Shown here piece after piece: positions 18,724-27,344 of a stretch of 64,000 nt of DNA. A program made the position numbers and the translations under genes. This DNA comes from a virus. Its lineage: Duplodnaviria; Caudoviricetes. Numbering within the stretch: position 1 is the stretch's first letter; each line of letters begins with the position of its first letter. The stretch is taken from IMG/VR virus record IMGVR_UViG_3300025735_000007, positions 1 to 64,000 of that record. One strand, 5' to 3'. A model generated the notes under the pieces. The model searched no databases. It was not told the DNA's origin and saw nothing but the letters and a program-made list of their open reading frames with translations.

Positions 18724-19050
18724 TCAGTTCTGCGCGCCGTGCAGATAACGCACCGCATTGTCCAGGCAATACAGCCCGCCCATCTGCGCCGCCGACTGCA
18801 GGTCGTAGCGATCCGTGTGGTCGAAAATCTCGTTCTCGATGTGCCGTCGCATGGGCTCAGACCAGCCCGTCTTGTGCTCGATCTGCGAGCGATCGCCTTT
18901 CGACGACGCGACGCGGTAGTAGAGCGCGCCGAGGTCCGCGTAGTGCTTGCACATGCGACCCCGTGCGTTGAGCTCCTCAGCGGAGCCTTCTTCGAATGCG
19001 TGCGCGCTACCCGCGGCGGCCAGCAGTGCCACCAGAATCAGTTTTTTCAT
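18724..19050 (-). CDS. Secreted small protein
   Basis: Signal peptide MKKLILVALLAAAGSAHA, two Cys. Confidence 0.7.
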   Translation of the reverse strand: MKKLILVALLAAAGSAHAFEEGSAEELNARGRMCKHYADLGALYYRVASSKGDRSQIEHKTGWSEPMRRHIENEIFDHTDRYDLQSAAQMGGLYCLDNAVRYLHGAQN

Positions 19051-19082
19051 CACTTCCCCCGTTGCGTATTGCGCCGGCGATT

Positions 19083-19586
19083 CTACCAGCCGCCCCAGCG
19101 CGCGTCGTCGAGTGGCGCTGTCTCAAGTAGCCTGTCGACAACACCCTCGATGGTCTGATCATGGGCGACGGCTGCCCGCTCGATGTCGAGCTGCGCCTTC
19201 AGCTTGTCGGTCCCGATCGCGACGTGCGTGTCGCTCTCGTGGTCATACTTCCACTCGATGATGATCGACCAGTCCATCGGCGGAAAGCCAGCGGCGCGCC
19301 GCTTCAATGCCGCCATCAGCGAGTCCACCATTTGCTGATTCATGTCGTCAGCGAGCTGTGAATATTGCCGCTTCGCCGATTTCGGGTTAGCAATCGGCGG
19401 CACGAACACGCCGCGCCAGCGCCCGCGGCTGCCAACAAGGTCGCGCGGGTTCGGGTTGTAGTTGATCCGCCGCATGATCTCGGCGATTGCCGTCGTTTCG
19501 GTAGAGCGGCTCTGCACCTCAATGTCACCGAATTCCGCTGACATCGCCGCGCGCGCGTAATCGATGACGCCCTTCAGCATGCTCAT
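19083..19586 (-). CDS. Hypothetical phage protein
   Basis: ATGA coupling with the upstream gene. Confidence 0.7.
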   Translation of the reverse strand: MSMLKGVIDYARAAMSAEFGDIEVQSRSTETTAIAEIMRRINYNPNPRDLVGSRGRWRGVFVPPIANPKSAKRQYSQLADDMNQQMVDSLMAALKRRAAGFPPMDWSIIIEWKYDHESDTHVAIGTDKLKAQLDIERAAVAHDQTIEGVVDRLLETAPLDDARWGGW

Positions 19587-19879
19587 GCCTTGTCCTTCTT
19601 CACGGCCTGCGCCATGCTCATGAGCATGCGCTGCTCTTCGGGCGAAAGTGCCTTGAGCTGTTCGAGCAGCCCGGACTTCGTCGCGAGGCGCTCGCCCTTG
19701 TCCCGCTTGAGCTGCGCGACGCCCCTGCGGATCAGCGCCTCAGTCTCGGGCGTCGCCGGTAGCGCGACCAGCAGCGCCTCGAGCACCTGGTTTTGCGGCA
19801 GCTCCGTCATGTCGGCCAATGCCGCGAGGTGCTTGCGTGCCCGATCCTCGAAGGCGAACCCCAGTCTCACCCGTGCCAT
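19583..19879 (-). CDS. Putative ribbon-helix-helix DNA-binding protein
   Basis: RVRLGFAFEDRARKHLAALA...QNQVLEALL fits a beta-alpha-alpha pattern. Confidence 0.55.
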   Translation of the reverse strand: MARVRLGFAFEDRARKHLAALADMTELPQNQVLEALLVALPATPETEALIRRGVAQLKRDKGERLATKSGLLEQLKALSPEEQRMLMSMAQAVKKDKA

Positions 19880-20006
19880 GTTATGCGTCGAAAAAGTTAT
19901 GTTGTTTTCGATTATAGTGATGCCCGGCGCGTGCAGACGAAAAAACGGCGCTTGCGCGCCGTTGGTAGGGTGGAAGCTGGGGTTCAGGGCTTGGGCAGTC
20001 TGTCCA

Positions 20007-20234
20007 TCACACGAACCCCATCGGGGTGTCCCGGCCGTCCGCGTCGTCGAGCTCACGCTCGATACCTTGGATACGCGCGACCTGCTCGGGGTCTTGCATG
20101 AGCGGCACGTCGGGCAGGAAGTTCAGCGCGAGCAGTGCCAGTGGGTTACTGGTCCAGATGACCACGAGCGCAACGAGTCCGACGACACAGGCGATCTGGA
20201 ACAGATACAGCGCCGGGATGCGCGAGGGGAACAT
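20007..20234 (-). CDS. Small membrane protein
   Basis: TAAGGAG RBS, hydrophobic N-terminal half. Confidence 0.65.
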   Translation of the reverse strand: MFPSRIPALYLFQIACVVGLVALVVIWTSNPLALLALNFLPDVPLMQDPEQVARIQGIERELDDADGRDTPMGFV

Positions 20235-20299
20235 GGCTTCTCCTTAAAAGTAAGCTGACGCTTACTCTATGCGAAACCGGCGGGAGCGTCCATATAAGT

Positions 20300-20569
20300 T
20301 CATCGGTCGTCGTAGTGGTGGCGACACTGAATGATGATGATGTGGTCCTTGTGGACACCATAAACGAGCCGATGCCCGTCGCTGATGCGGCGCGACCAGA
20401 ATCCACTGAGCTTGTTTTTGAGCCCTTCGGGCTTTCCAATACCCCGGAACGGGTCGCGCAAACAGTCGTTCACGAGGTCATTGACCTTTGCGAGCTCCGT
20501 TCGGTTGTCCGTGCACCAGAAAAGATAGTCGCGCCACCCCGGTGGCGCGAACAAAACCGATCGAGTCAT
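20300..20569 (-). CDS. yoeB: Txe/YoeB family mRNA interferase toxin
   Basis: DY..W...RDPF.GIGKPE.LK..LSG.WSRRI...HRLVY....CR.HY. Confidence 0.92.
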   Translation of the reverse strand: MTRSVLFAPPGWRDYLFWCTDNRTELAKVNDLVNDCLRDPFRGIGKPEGLKNKLSGFWSRRISDGHRLVYGVHKDHIIIIQCRHHYDDR

Positions 20570-21187
20570 TTAGCCGTGGCGAGTTTTCGGCGTCTTGCGA
20601 AGGGCGCCTTCTTTGGGATGTTCGGGCTTCGCGGCATGCCGCGGCGCTCTCTTGATCTGCTCGGCCATCTCAAAGAGGTGTGTTTTCGCAAGCTCGGCCG
20701 CCGCAGATTGCGTCTCAATGTCGTGCAACCCGGCCTTGATACCGGCCTTCATAATCTTCAGCCAGTCGGCTTCGCCCTTCGCGACGCACAAGGCTTCGTA
20801 AGGGTGGAACCCTAACGGCGAGGACACACCAAGGATCGGGTAATTGAAGTAAGTCGGCCCGTAAACGCGCCCCGTGCCCAGTATCGCAGCTTCCATCAAT
20901 GCCGCCCGCTCGCTACCGCCTTGCTCTTCGCTGGCGTGTTCAGGTCCTTCGATCAACGATTCACGACCAAAGGTTTTGTCGACCCAGGCCAAGCCCTCGC
21001 TCAATTCTTGGATATTCGCCTGGCTACCCATCAGATGCGCAGTTTCGACGAGGCTGTCATATTCCTCAGCGGGCATTACCACATACTGCTTGCCGTCTTT
21101 TTCGACGCGCGTGACAGTGCCTTCCCGGAGCTCATCCGGGAAAATTGGGTCGTTTGCGGTAGTCGGGCTCATGTGGCGGCTCTCCAT
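20570..21187 (-). CDS. yefM: YefM/Phd-like antitoxin with a long C-terminal extension
   Basis: VVMPAEEYDSLVETAHLM.S.AN...L.E, immediately upstream of yoeB. Confidence 0.7.
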   Translation of the reverse strand: MESRHMSPTTANDPIFPDELREGTVTRVEKDGKQYVVMPAEEYDSLVETAHLMGSQANIQELSEGLAWVDKTFGRESLIEGPEHASEEQGGSERAALMEAAILGTGRVYGPTYFNYPILGVSSPLGFHPYEALCVAKGEADWLKIMKAGIKAGLHDIETQSAAAELAKTHLFEMAEQIKRAPRHAAKPEHPKEGALRKTPKTRHG

Positions 21188-21210
21188 TTGCGCATATATT
21201 ACCCGATGAT

Positions 21211-21240
21211 GCGGGCCTTGACCGATTTGTCAAGGCCCGC
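21211..21240. terminator. Strong hairpin between the helicase and the TA operon
   Basis: gcgggccttgac-cgattt-gtcaaggcccgc. Confidence 0.55.
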
Positions 21241-21247
21241 GGCGCGC

Positions 21248-22978
21248 CTACGCGGCCATGCGGAACTGTGAGTAGTCGAAGTCATTGACGATGTTTTCGG
21301 CGAAGCCAGGCGTGCTGCGAATGATCGAGATCCGGTCGTTCTGGTGGTCGCGCAGCGTGCTGTTGGCCGCCTCGATGAAGTCGACCACGAATGCCACGTT
21401 CGGCCCGACGTTCTTCTTGCGCAGCCCGCGGCCGATCCGCTGCCGGGTCTGCACTTCAGCCTTCCCGGCGCCGGCGAGCACGATCAGGCCCACCGCCGGC
21501 ACGTCCACGCCCACATCCATGATCGACGTGCCGATTACCGCATCGACGCGGCCCGCGCCGAGCGCATTGAGTGCCGCCTTGCGCTCTTTCTGGTCATTGG
21601 CACCCTGGATGAACGCCACCCGCACGCCTGCCTGCGTCAGCATGTCCGACAGGATGCGGCCGTGCTTGGTGCGCGAGACGAGAATCATCGCCGGCAGCCC
21701 GAACTGCGTCGCGCGCTGGACCTCGTAGACGATCGCGCGGTTGCGCTCCTCGTTGTTGACGATGCCGATCTCGTAGCATTTCGGCCACGGGGTCGAGCGG
21801 AAGAGCCGGTGCGTGACCTGGCGGTTCATGCTCGCCTTCGTGACCAGCTCGGTGTATTGGGGCGTCGGGTTCTGCAGCTGGATGAACTTGAAGAACGGCT
21901 TCGCAAGCACGCCCAGGTCGATCAGCTGCTTCTCGGTGACGGTGATCGCGACCGGGCCGCTGCATGCCTCGAGGCGCAGGTTGTCTTCCGGCGAGTCCTT
22001 CATGAACGGCGTCGCGGTCAGCGCGAGCCGGTAGTGCGCGTTCACGCAGTGGCGCATCACCTCGTAGAAGCCGTTGCCCGACGCCTCGTGCGCCTCCTCG
22101 AGGATCACGAACTCGATGGTCGCCAGAAACGCGATCATTTCCGCACGCTTCCTGTTGTGTTCCTTCACCTTCGCCTGGATGTCGGCCACCACCTGCGCGT
22201 CGGGCGGGCGCTTGGCCGCCAGCGTCTTGCGCAGCGCGGTCGTCGCCTCCGCGACCTGGGCGGCCGGCACCTTCTGCTTTTTCAGGCGCGACTGCAGCTT
22301 CTCGACCTCGCGATCTTCGGCCGTGTCCCGGTTCTTGATGTAGGCGAGCATTTCGCCGTCGTCGGTCCATGCTTCGATCGCCTGGCTGATCGTCTGCACC
22401 ATGCCGAGCGTGAACTTGCGCCCAAACTCGCGCTGGCTGTCGCCCACGATGCCCACGCGCTCGCCGAGGTTCTCGGTGACGGCTTCGCCCATCTGATAGA
22501 GAAGGATGCCCCGCGTCGTCAGGAAGAGCGTCGGGCGGTCGATGCGCTTGTAGCAGATGCGCGCGATGCGCGACTTGCCGCCGCCGGTCGCGACGCGCGC
22601 AATGATGGCGCGATGCTTGATGAGCTTGTCGGCCACCTCGGGCTGATAGTTGTAGGCAGGGTCATAGCCGAAGTCGTCGACCACCGGTCGCTCCGGGCCG
22701 AGCGGGGCGGGTGCGGGCTTGCGCACCAGATTGACCTTGTAGCCAGCCTTGAGCAGCAGCGCATAGACCTTGTAGGTGAAGCCTGCCGGGAAAGTGTCGG
22801 TTGAGAAGTCGTAAAAGCTCGACGAGCCGTCCCACGACGATCCCTTGAACGCCTGCGAGTAGCTCGCCCCGTCCACGAGATAGGAGAGCTTGTCACGCAC
22901 CAGCAGCTTCACCTCGCGCGACGCGCCGATCAGTTTTGCGTTTACCGCGCCCGCGGCGAGTGTTAATCCAGTGGTCAT
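21248..22978 (-). CDS. Superfamily II DNA helicase (DEAD/DEAH-like)
   Basis: Walker A ATGGGKS, motif II EEAH, III LTATP, V GVDVP, VI QRIGRGLR. Confidence 0.9.
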   Translation of the reverse strand: MTTGLTLAAGAVNAKLIGASREVKLLVRDKLSYLVDGASYSQAFKGSSWDGSSSFYDFSTDTFPAGFTYKVYALLLKAGYKVNLVRKPAPAPLGPERPVVDDFGYDPAYNYQPEVADKLIKHRAIIARVATGGGKSRIARICYKRIDRPTLFLTTRGILLYQMGEAVTENLGERVGIVGDSQREFGRKFTLGMVQTISQAIEAWTDDGEMLAYIKNRDTAEDREVEKLQSRLKKQKVPAAQVAEATTALRKTLAAKRPPDAQVVADIQAKVKEHNRKRAEMIAFLATIEFVILEEAHEASGNGFYEVMRHCVNAHYRLALTATPFMKDSPEDNLRLEACSGPVAITVTEKQLIDLGVLAKPFFKFIQLQNPTPQYTELVTKASMNRQVTHRLFRSTPWPKCYEIGIVNNEERNRAIVYEVQRATQFGLPAMILVSRTKHGRILSDMLTQAGVRVAFIQGANDQKERKAALNALGAGRVDAVIGTSIMDVGVDVPAVGLIVLAGAGKAEVQTRQRIGRGLRKKNVGPNVAFVVDFIEAANSTLRDHQNDRISIIRSTPGFAENIVNDFDYSQFRMAA

Positions 22979-23005
22979 TTCTTGCCTTAGATGGAGCCTG
23001 AATAT

Positions 23006-23023
23006 ATAGTAACGACTGACTTA
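23006..23023. promoter_or_regulatory. 18-bp operator in the divergent helicase/ParB intergenic region
   Basis: atagtaac-ga-ctgactta. Confidence 0.7.
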
Positions 23024-23039
23024 TTTCAGCGGATGCATT

Positions 23040-23702
23040 ATGGCAGGCAACCCTACGAAGTTCCAGGTCGAGCAGCGCAGCGTGTCTGTCGATATGCTGC
23101 GACCGAACAGCTGGAACACCAACCAGATGACCCCGGAGAACGAGGCCAAGCTCGATGTCTCCGTCGACCGCTTCGGCGTCTACAAGCCGATCGTCGTGCG
23201 CCCCCATCCGAGTGGCGAGGGCTACGAAATTCTGGGCGGCCAGCATCGCTGGGAATCGGCGCGCCGCAAAGGCATGCTCGAAGTGCCCATCGTCAACGTC
23301 GGCCCGGTCAGCGACACCGTCGCGAAAGAGATCGGTCTCGTCGATAACGGCCGCTACGGTGAAGACGACACCCTCGCCCTGTCGCGCCTGCTCAAAGAGC
23401 TGGGCGCCGAGGACGTCGGCAGTTTCCTGCCCTATACCGACTCCGAGCTCGAAAACATTCTCGCAGCGTCAAGTATAGATTTGGACGACCTTGACAAGCT
23501 GGATCAGACCGAAATGCCTGACCTGTCAGGCGCGGGCATCGGCGCCACCCATCAGGTGATGCGCTTCAAGGTGCCCGTCGAGGACGTCGCATGGGTCACA
23601 AGCGCCATCGAGCGCCGGCAGCGCGAGAAGGGTTTCACCACCGAAGACTCCATGACGAATGCTGGCATGGCCTTCGTCGATCTCATGAAGGCTTACAAAT
23701 GA
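23040..23702 (+). CDS. ParB/Srx-like N-terminal domain protein
   Basis: PNSWN.N.M...G...PIVVR...YEILGGQHRW. Confidence 0.85.
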   Translation: MAGNPTKFQVEQRSVSVDMLRPNSWNTNQMTPENEAKLDVSVDRFGVYKPIVVRPHPSGEGYEILGGQHRWESARRKGMLEVPIVNVGPVSDTVAKEIGLVDNGRYGEDDTLALSRLLKELGAEDVGSFLPYTDSELENILAASSIDLDDLDKLDQTEMPDLSGAGIGATHQVMRFKVPVEDVAWVTSAIERRQREKGFTTEDSMTNAGMAFVDLMKAYK

Positions 23703-24172
23703 CACAGATGACACGCTACGTCGGCACCAAAGCCGTCATGGCCCGCGCGATGACGCGCGGCGAATACAACGCCTACCGCGGGTGGACCATCCCCGCGAAC
23801 GAAGACCCAAACGAGCCGGGCTACCTGGTCGAGTATCTCGACGGCGGCAAGCCGAACATCGAAGGTCATCAGGGCTACGTCAGCTGGTCGCCGGCCGATG
23901 TGTTCGAGCGCTCATATCAGCTAGGCGCCGCGAAGAGCTTTGGCGATGCGCTGATCGCGTTGAAAGCGGGGATGCGCGTCGCACGCGTGGGCTGGAATGG
24001 GAAAGGCTTGTGGCTTTCGCTGCGGCTCGCGAAGGGTGACGTGATGGACTGCGGCACGGGTGGTGAGTTTCCCGAGGCAGACTGGATCGGCATGAAAACC
24101 GCAGACAACAAATTCGTGCCTTGGCTTGCATCGCAGACCGACGTGCTCGCAAACGACTGGGTGACCCTGTGA
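23699..24172 (+). CDS. Two-domain protein with C-terminal DUF2829 (Tad2-like, Thoeris anti-defence sponge family)
   Basis: SFGDAL.ALK.G.RVAR.GWNGKG...MKTA....VPW.ASQTD.LA.DW. The N-terminal domain reads YVGTK...GYLVEY.DG...YVSWSP..VF..Y. Confidence 0.8.
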   Translation: MTQMTRYVGTKAVMARAMTRGEYNAYRGWTIPANEDPNEPGYLVEYLDGGKPNIEGHQGYVSWSPADVFERSYQLGAAKSFGDALIALKAGMRVARVGWNGKGLWLSLRLAKGDVMDCGTGGEFPEADWIGMKTADNKFVPWLASQTDVLANDWVTL

Positions 24173-24444
24173 GCAAGCCGACCGGCTTCGCGCGCATCCC
24201 GCGCGCCGAATTTCTCTACCCCGAATGCCAGAGCTGCTATTTCCATAACCGGGAACCGGCGATCTGCGAGAACTGCGACAACGGCTCGGAATACGACCCG
24301 GACGATGATCTCGAGGACAAGCTCTCGGCGCGCAAGGCCGCCGTCGTGAGGTTCTTTCGCAAGATCCAGACACCCCTGCCGCCCGGGTTCCTGCCCGATG
24401 TGCTGGAACCGGCGATCCAAGAAAAGGAGCTCGAAGCAGCATGA
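24169..24444 (+). CDS. Small Zn-finger-like protein
   Basis: CQSC...CENC. GTGA/ATGA coupling on both sides. Confidence 0.7.
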   Translation: MSKPTGFARIPRAEFLYPECQSCYFHNREPAICENCDNGSEYDPDDDLEDKLSARKAAVVRFFRKIQTPLPPGFLPDVLEPAIQEKELEAA

Positions 24445-25082
24445 GCGTTACCCGCACAGAAGAAACGCGCCGCGTCGCGGACCTCGTTCCCTACACGAAG
24501 AACGTCAAGAAGCACGACGCCGCGCAGGTCGCGAAGATCGTGGAGTCAATCCAGCAGTTCGGCTGGACCCAGCCCGTCGTCATCGATGAAAGCAACGTGA
24601 TCATTGCCGGCCACGGCCGGCGGCTCGCTGCCATTCAGCTCTCCATCCCCGAAGTGCCTGTCGTCGTGCTGTCGGGCCTGACCGACGAGCAGAAACGCGC
24701 GCTGCGCCTGGCGGATAACCGCACCAACGAGGGCGGCATCGACACGCTCATGTTCCGCGACGAGATCGAGGGCATCGAGGGTCTGCTGGTCGGCATTTTC
24801 GACACGAAGGAGCTGGAGTTCTCCGTCGCCGATCTGGGCGAGCTGAACGAAGCCGCGTTCGTGCCGGACGTGGCCGAAGCAGTCGAGGCGCAGGAGCAGG
24901 CCGCGCACGCGAAGGCAGACGAGATCGGGTCGCGCCGCGTGCCGCTCACGAAGGTGTTCGGCTTCAAGGACATCGCGGGCGCCGACGAGATCCACGTCTC
25001 GCGCTTCATGGCGCGCGCCCAGGCTGTCACGGGTCTCGCTGGCGCCGATGCGTTGGTGGCCTTCCTGCAAACCCTCTCATAA
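24441..25082 (+). CDS. ParB/Srx-like N-terminal domain protein (type often associated with DNA-modifying enzymes)
   Basis: LVPY.KN.K.H...Q...I..SI..FGW..P..ID....IIAGHGR..AA...LRLADNR. Confidence 0.88.
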   Translation: MSVTRTEETRRVADLVPYTKNVKKHDAAQVAKIVESIQQFGWTQPVVIDESNVIIAGHGRRLAAIQLSIPEVPVVVLSGLTDEQKRALRLADNRTNEGGIDTLMFRDEIEGIEGLLVGIFDTKELEFSVADLGELNEAAFVPDVAEAVEAQEQAAHAKADEIGSRRVPLTKVFGFKDIAGADEIHVSRFMARAQAVTGLAGADALVAFLQTLS

Positions 25083-25097
25083 GTCACATGTGACTTA
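25080..25097. promoter_or_regulatory. 18-bp operator, perfect palindrome
   Basis: taagtcac-at-gtgactta, between the ParB stop and the ABC ATPase start. Confidence 0.85.
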
Positions 25098-25103
25098 CAA
25101 GAT

Positions 25104-25820
25104 ATGACGACATACACAATCGACAAGCGTTTCCATACCCGCGTGGCGCGCAGCCAGCGGGTCGTGGAAGTCGCTGAAGCGTTCGGGCTCGGCCTGGACG
25201 ACAAGGAGTTCGTGATCTTCGACGACCTGAAGCTCGACGTGGCGCAGGGCGACGTGATCTACATCACCGGCCAGTCCGGCAGCGGCAAATCGCTGCTGCT
25301 GCGCGAGCTCTCGGCCCAGATGGCAAGGGAAGGGCAGAAGGTCGCCAACCTGGATGAGGTGGCGATTGACCCGGACGTGCCGCTCATTGACCAGATCGGC
25401 ACGTCGACCAACGACGCGATCCGGCTGCTGTCGATCGCCGGCCTGAACGATGCCTACCTCTTCATTCGCAAGCCCGGCGAGCTCTCCGACGGCCAGCGCT
25501 ACCGCTTCAAGCTCGCGAAGGCGATCGAGAGCGAGGCCGACGTGTGGGTCGCCGACGAGTTCATGGCCGTGCTCGACCGCACCGCGGCCAAGGTGATCGC
25601 CTACGCGCTGCAGAAGACCGCGCGCAAGGTCAACGCGACCGTGATCGTTGCGACCACCCACCTCGATCTCGTGGAAGACCTGCAGCCGTCTCTCTACATC
25701 GAGAAGCGCTACCGGGAGAAGCTGCGCATCGAAGCGTTCACAGCGCTTTCTGACGCGTCGGAGGGGCATCGCGCGATGACACGCGACGAAGCCTATGAAC
25801 TTTTGAAAAGGATGGCCTGA
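25104..25820 (+). CDS. Soluble ABC-family ATPase (no membrane partner)
   Basis: Walker A GQSGSGKS, signature LSDGQ, Walker B WVADEF, H-loop TTH. Confidence 0.9.
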   Translation: MTTYTIDKRFHTRVARSQRVVEVAEAFGLGLDDKEFVIFDDLKLDVAQGDVIYITGQSGSGKSLLLRELSAQMAREGQKVANLDEVAIDPDVPLIDQIGTSTNDAIRLLSIAGLNDAYLFIRKPGELSDGQRYRFKLAKAIESEADVWVADEFMAVLDRTAAKVIAYALQKTARKVNATVIVATTHLDLVEDLQPSLYIEKRYREKLRIEAFTALSDASEGHRAMTRDEAYELLKRMA

Positions 25821-26149
25821 TGAACACGCTTTACGAAACGACCGTTGCCGCCTCGAAGCAGGTGCCGCAGGTCGTGATTTTTACGGCACCGTGGTGTGGC
25901 CCGTGCAAGATGCTCAAGCCCGCGCTCGCGGCACTGAAGGCCGATTACGGCTTCGCGCTCACCGAGCTGAACGTCGAGGACTTCGACGCGGCCGAGCTGC
26001 AAACGCTCGGCGTGCGCAATGTGCCTAACGTGCGGGTGCTCCACAACACGGTCGTGAAGGCCCAGTTCGTCGGCGCGCGCACGAAGGCGCAGGTCGAGGA
26101 ATGGCTCACGGCACATGGCGTGATCGCACGCGGGTTGAGCTTCGAATGA
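25820..26149 (+). CDS. trxA: Thioredoxin
   Basis: FTAPWCGPCK active site and cis-Pro motif VRNVP. Confidence 0.9.
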   Translation: MNTLYETTVAASKQVPQVVIFTAPWCGPCKMLKPALAALKADYGFALTELNVEDFDAAELQTLGVRNVPNVRVLHNTVVKAQFVGARTKAQVEEWLTAHGVIARGLSFE

Positions 26150-27126
26150 CTGCGCCGGCCACCGCCCTGAACCTCGCCGGGCCGATCACTGCGTCCGACG
26201 ACCCGGATTCCCCGATCCTCGCCTGGCGTGACCCGGCGGCCGGCACGCGCCCGCTCTCGCTGATGAAGCACATGTATGTCGAGCGCGGCACCCTCGAAGA
26301 CTGGCAGCTGCTCCACGAGCTGCACTACAAGGCGAGTCAGAACGGGATTGGCCCGCGCTACGTGCGCCTCGTGATCGATGATGGCGTCGCGCCCGCGCAG
26401 ACGATCGGCGTGATGGTGTTCACCGTGCCCAAGCCGCTCGATTCTGGCCGCAATCAGGTGTTCCCGCACATGCGACCGAACCAGAACGGGCGCGACAACC
26501 GGCTCATCAACGTGCAGCGCATGGCGTGGATCAACAAGAACCTGATCCTCTCGTCGCGCACGGTGCTCGACACCATGTATCGCGGCGGCGGCATTGCCTA
26601 CCGGTTCAAGAACATCGGCTACCGCCTGATGGGTTTTCGCTACGTCGAGAGCCGCAGTTCGATGAGCCGCTACAACCCGTTCTCGATCAAGGCCGGCATG
26701 CGCTTCGTGAAGCCGAAATCAGCGCCCGCCTTCGAAACGGGCCTTGCCTTCTTCGCGCGCCACTTCAAGAGCCCGGCCTACGACTACGTGGCGATCAAGC
26801 AGGAGATCGAGGCGATGCCCGATTACCTGCGCGAGCACACGTTGAAGGAGCTGCGTGCCTTTTACTACCGCAACAGCTCGATGGAAAAGTCGGGCGACAA
26901 CCGGCTGAACGGCACCTCGCGCGTCGAGCAGATGGAGCTTGGCTACCTCCTGAAGCAGACCCAGCAGCTCGTGTTCGGCGCAACGGTGTATGCCGCTTGG
27001 ACCAATCCTGACTGGGACTCGGACACGCGTGCCATGCGGCCGCTGCCCGCGCGCATCCCGCTTTCCGCTTTCGAAAACCAGGGCGTCAACGAGCCGTTGC
27101 GCCTCGACCTTCTGGAGACTCGATGA
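26146..27126 (+). CDS. GNAT-fold acyltransferase, Mom-like
   Basis: N-terminal LHY, motif A SRTVLDTMYRGGGIA, motif B-like MSRYNPF..KAGM. Confidence 0.7.
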   Translation: MTAPATALNLAGPITASDDPDSPILAWRDPAAGTRPLSLMKHMYVERGTLEDWQLLHELHYKASQNGIGPRYVRLVIDDGVAPAQTIGVMVFTVPKPLDSGRNQVFPHMRPNQNGRDNRLINVQRMAWINKNLILSSRTVLDTMYRGGGIAYRFKNIGYRLMGFRYVESRSSMSRYNPFSIKAGMRFVKPKSAPAFETGLAFFARHFKSPAYDYVAIKQEIEAMPDYLREHTLKELRAFYYRNSSMEKSGDNRLNGTSRVEQMELGYLLKQTQQLVFGATVYAAWTNPDWDSDTRAMRPLPARIPLSAFENQGVNEPLRLDLLETR

Positions 27127-27344
27127 AAACGACCGTCAGCACGCTGTGCATCGTCGGCACCAAGGGCGCGCTGTCGCCCTGGACGATGGAGCCGATCGAA
27201 GACGCGAACGCGGTGCGCGGCATGTCCTACGACTTCGTGATGTGGGTGCGCACGCCCACGCCCGAGGAATACCGCACGGTGAACGCGACGCTGAAAACGT
27301 CGGAGGTGGGCGATCATTTCTGGCTGTGCCGGCGGCCGCGATGA
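27123..27344 (+). CDS. Hypothetical protein
   Basis: GGAG RBS, ATGA coupling. Confidence 0.65.
   Translation: MKTTVSTLCIVGTKGALSPWTMEPIEDANAVRGMSYDFVMWVRTPTPEEYRTVNATLKTSEVGDHFWLCRRPR

Noticed and set aside
20247-20267. Additional 18-bp operator
   Set aside because: gtaagc-tgac-gcttac is palindromic but matches the consensus and spacing poorly.
23040-25082. ParABS partition system
   Set aside because: No ParA is present, and both proteins show only the ParB/Srx N-terminal domain with no evident HTH. This does not exclude a partition locus outside the window.
25104-25820. ABC transporter
   Set aside because: No permease or substrate-binding gene is nearby. The context (ParB, GNAT, terminase) favours a soluble nucleic-acid-related ATPase.
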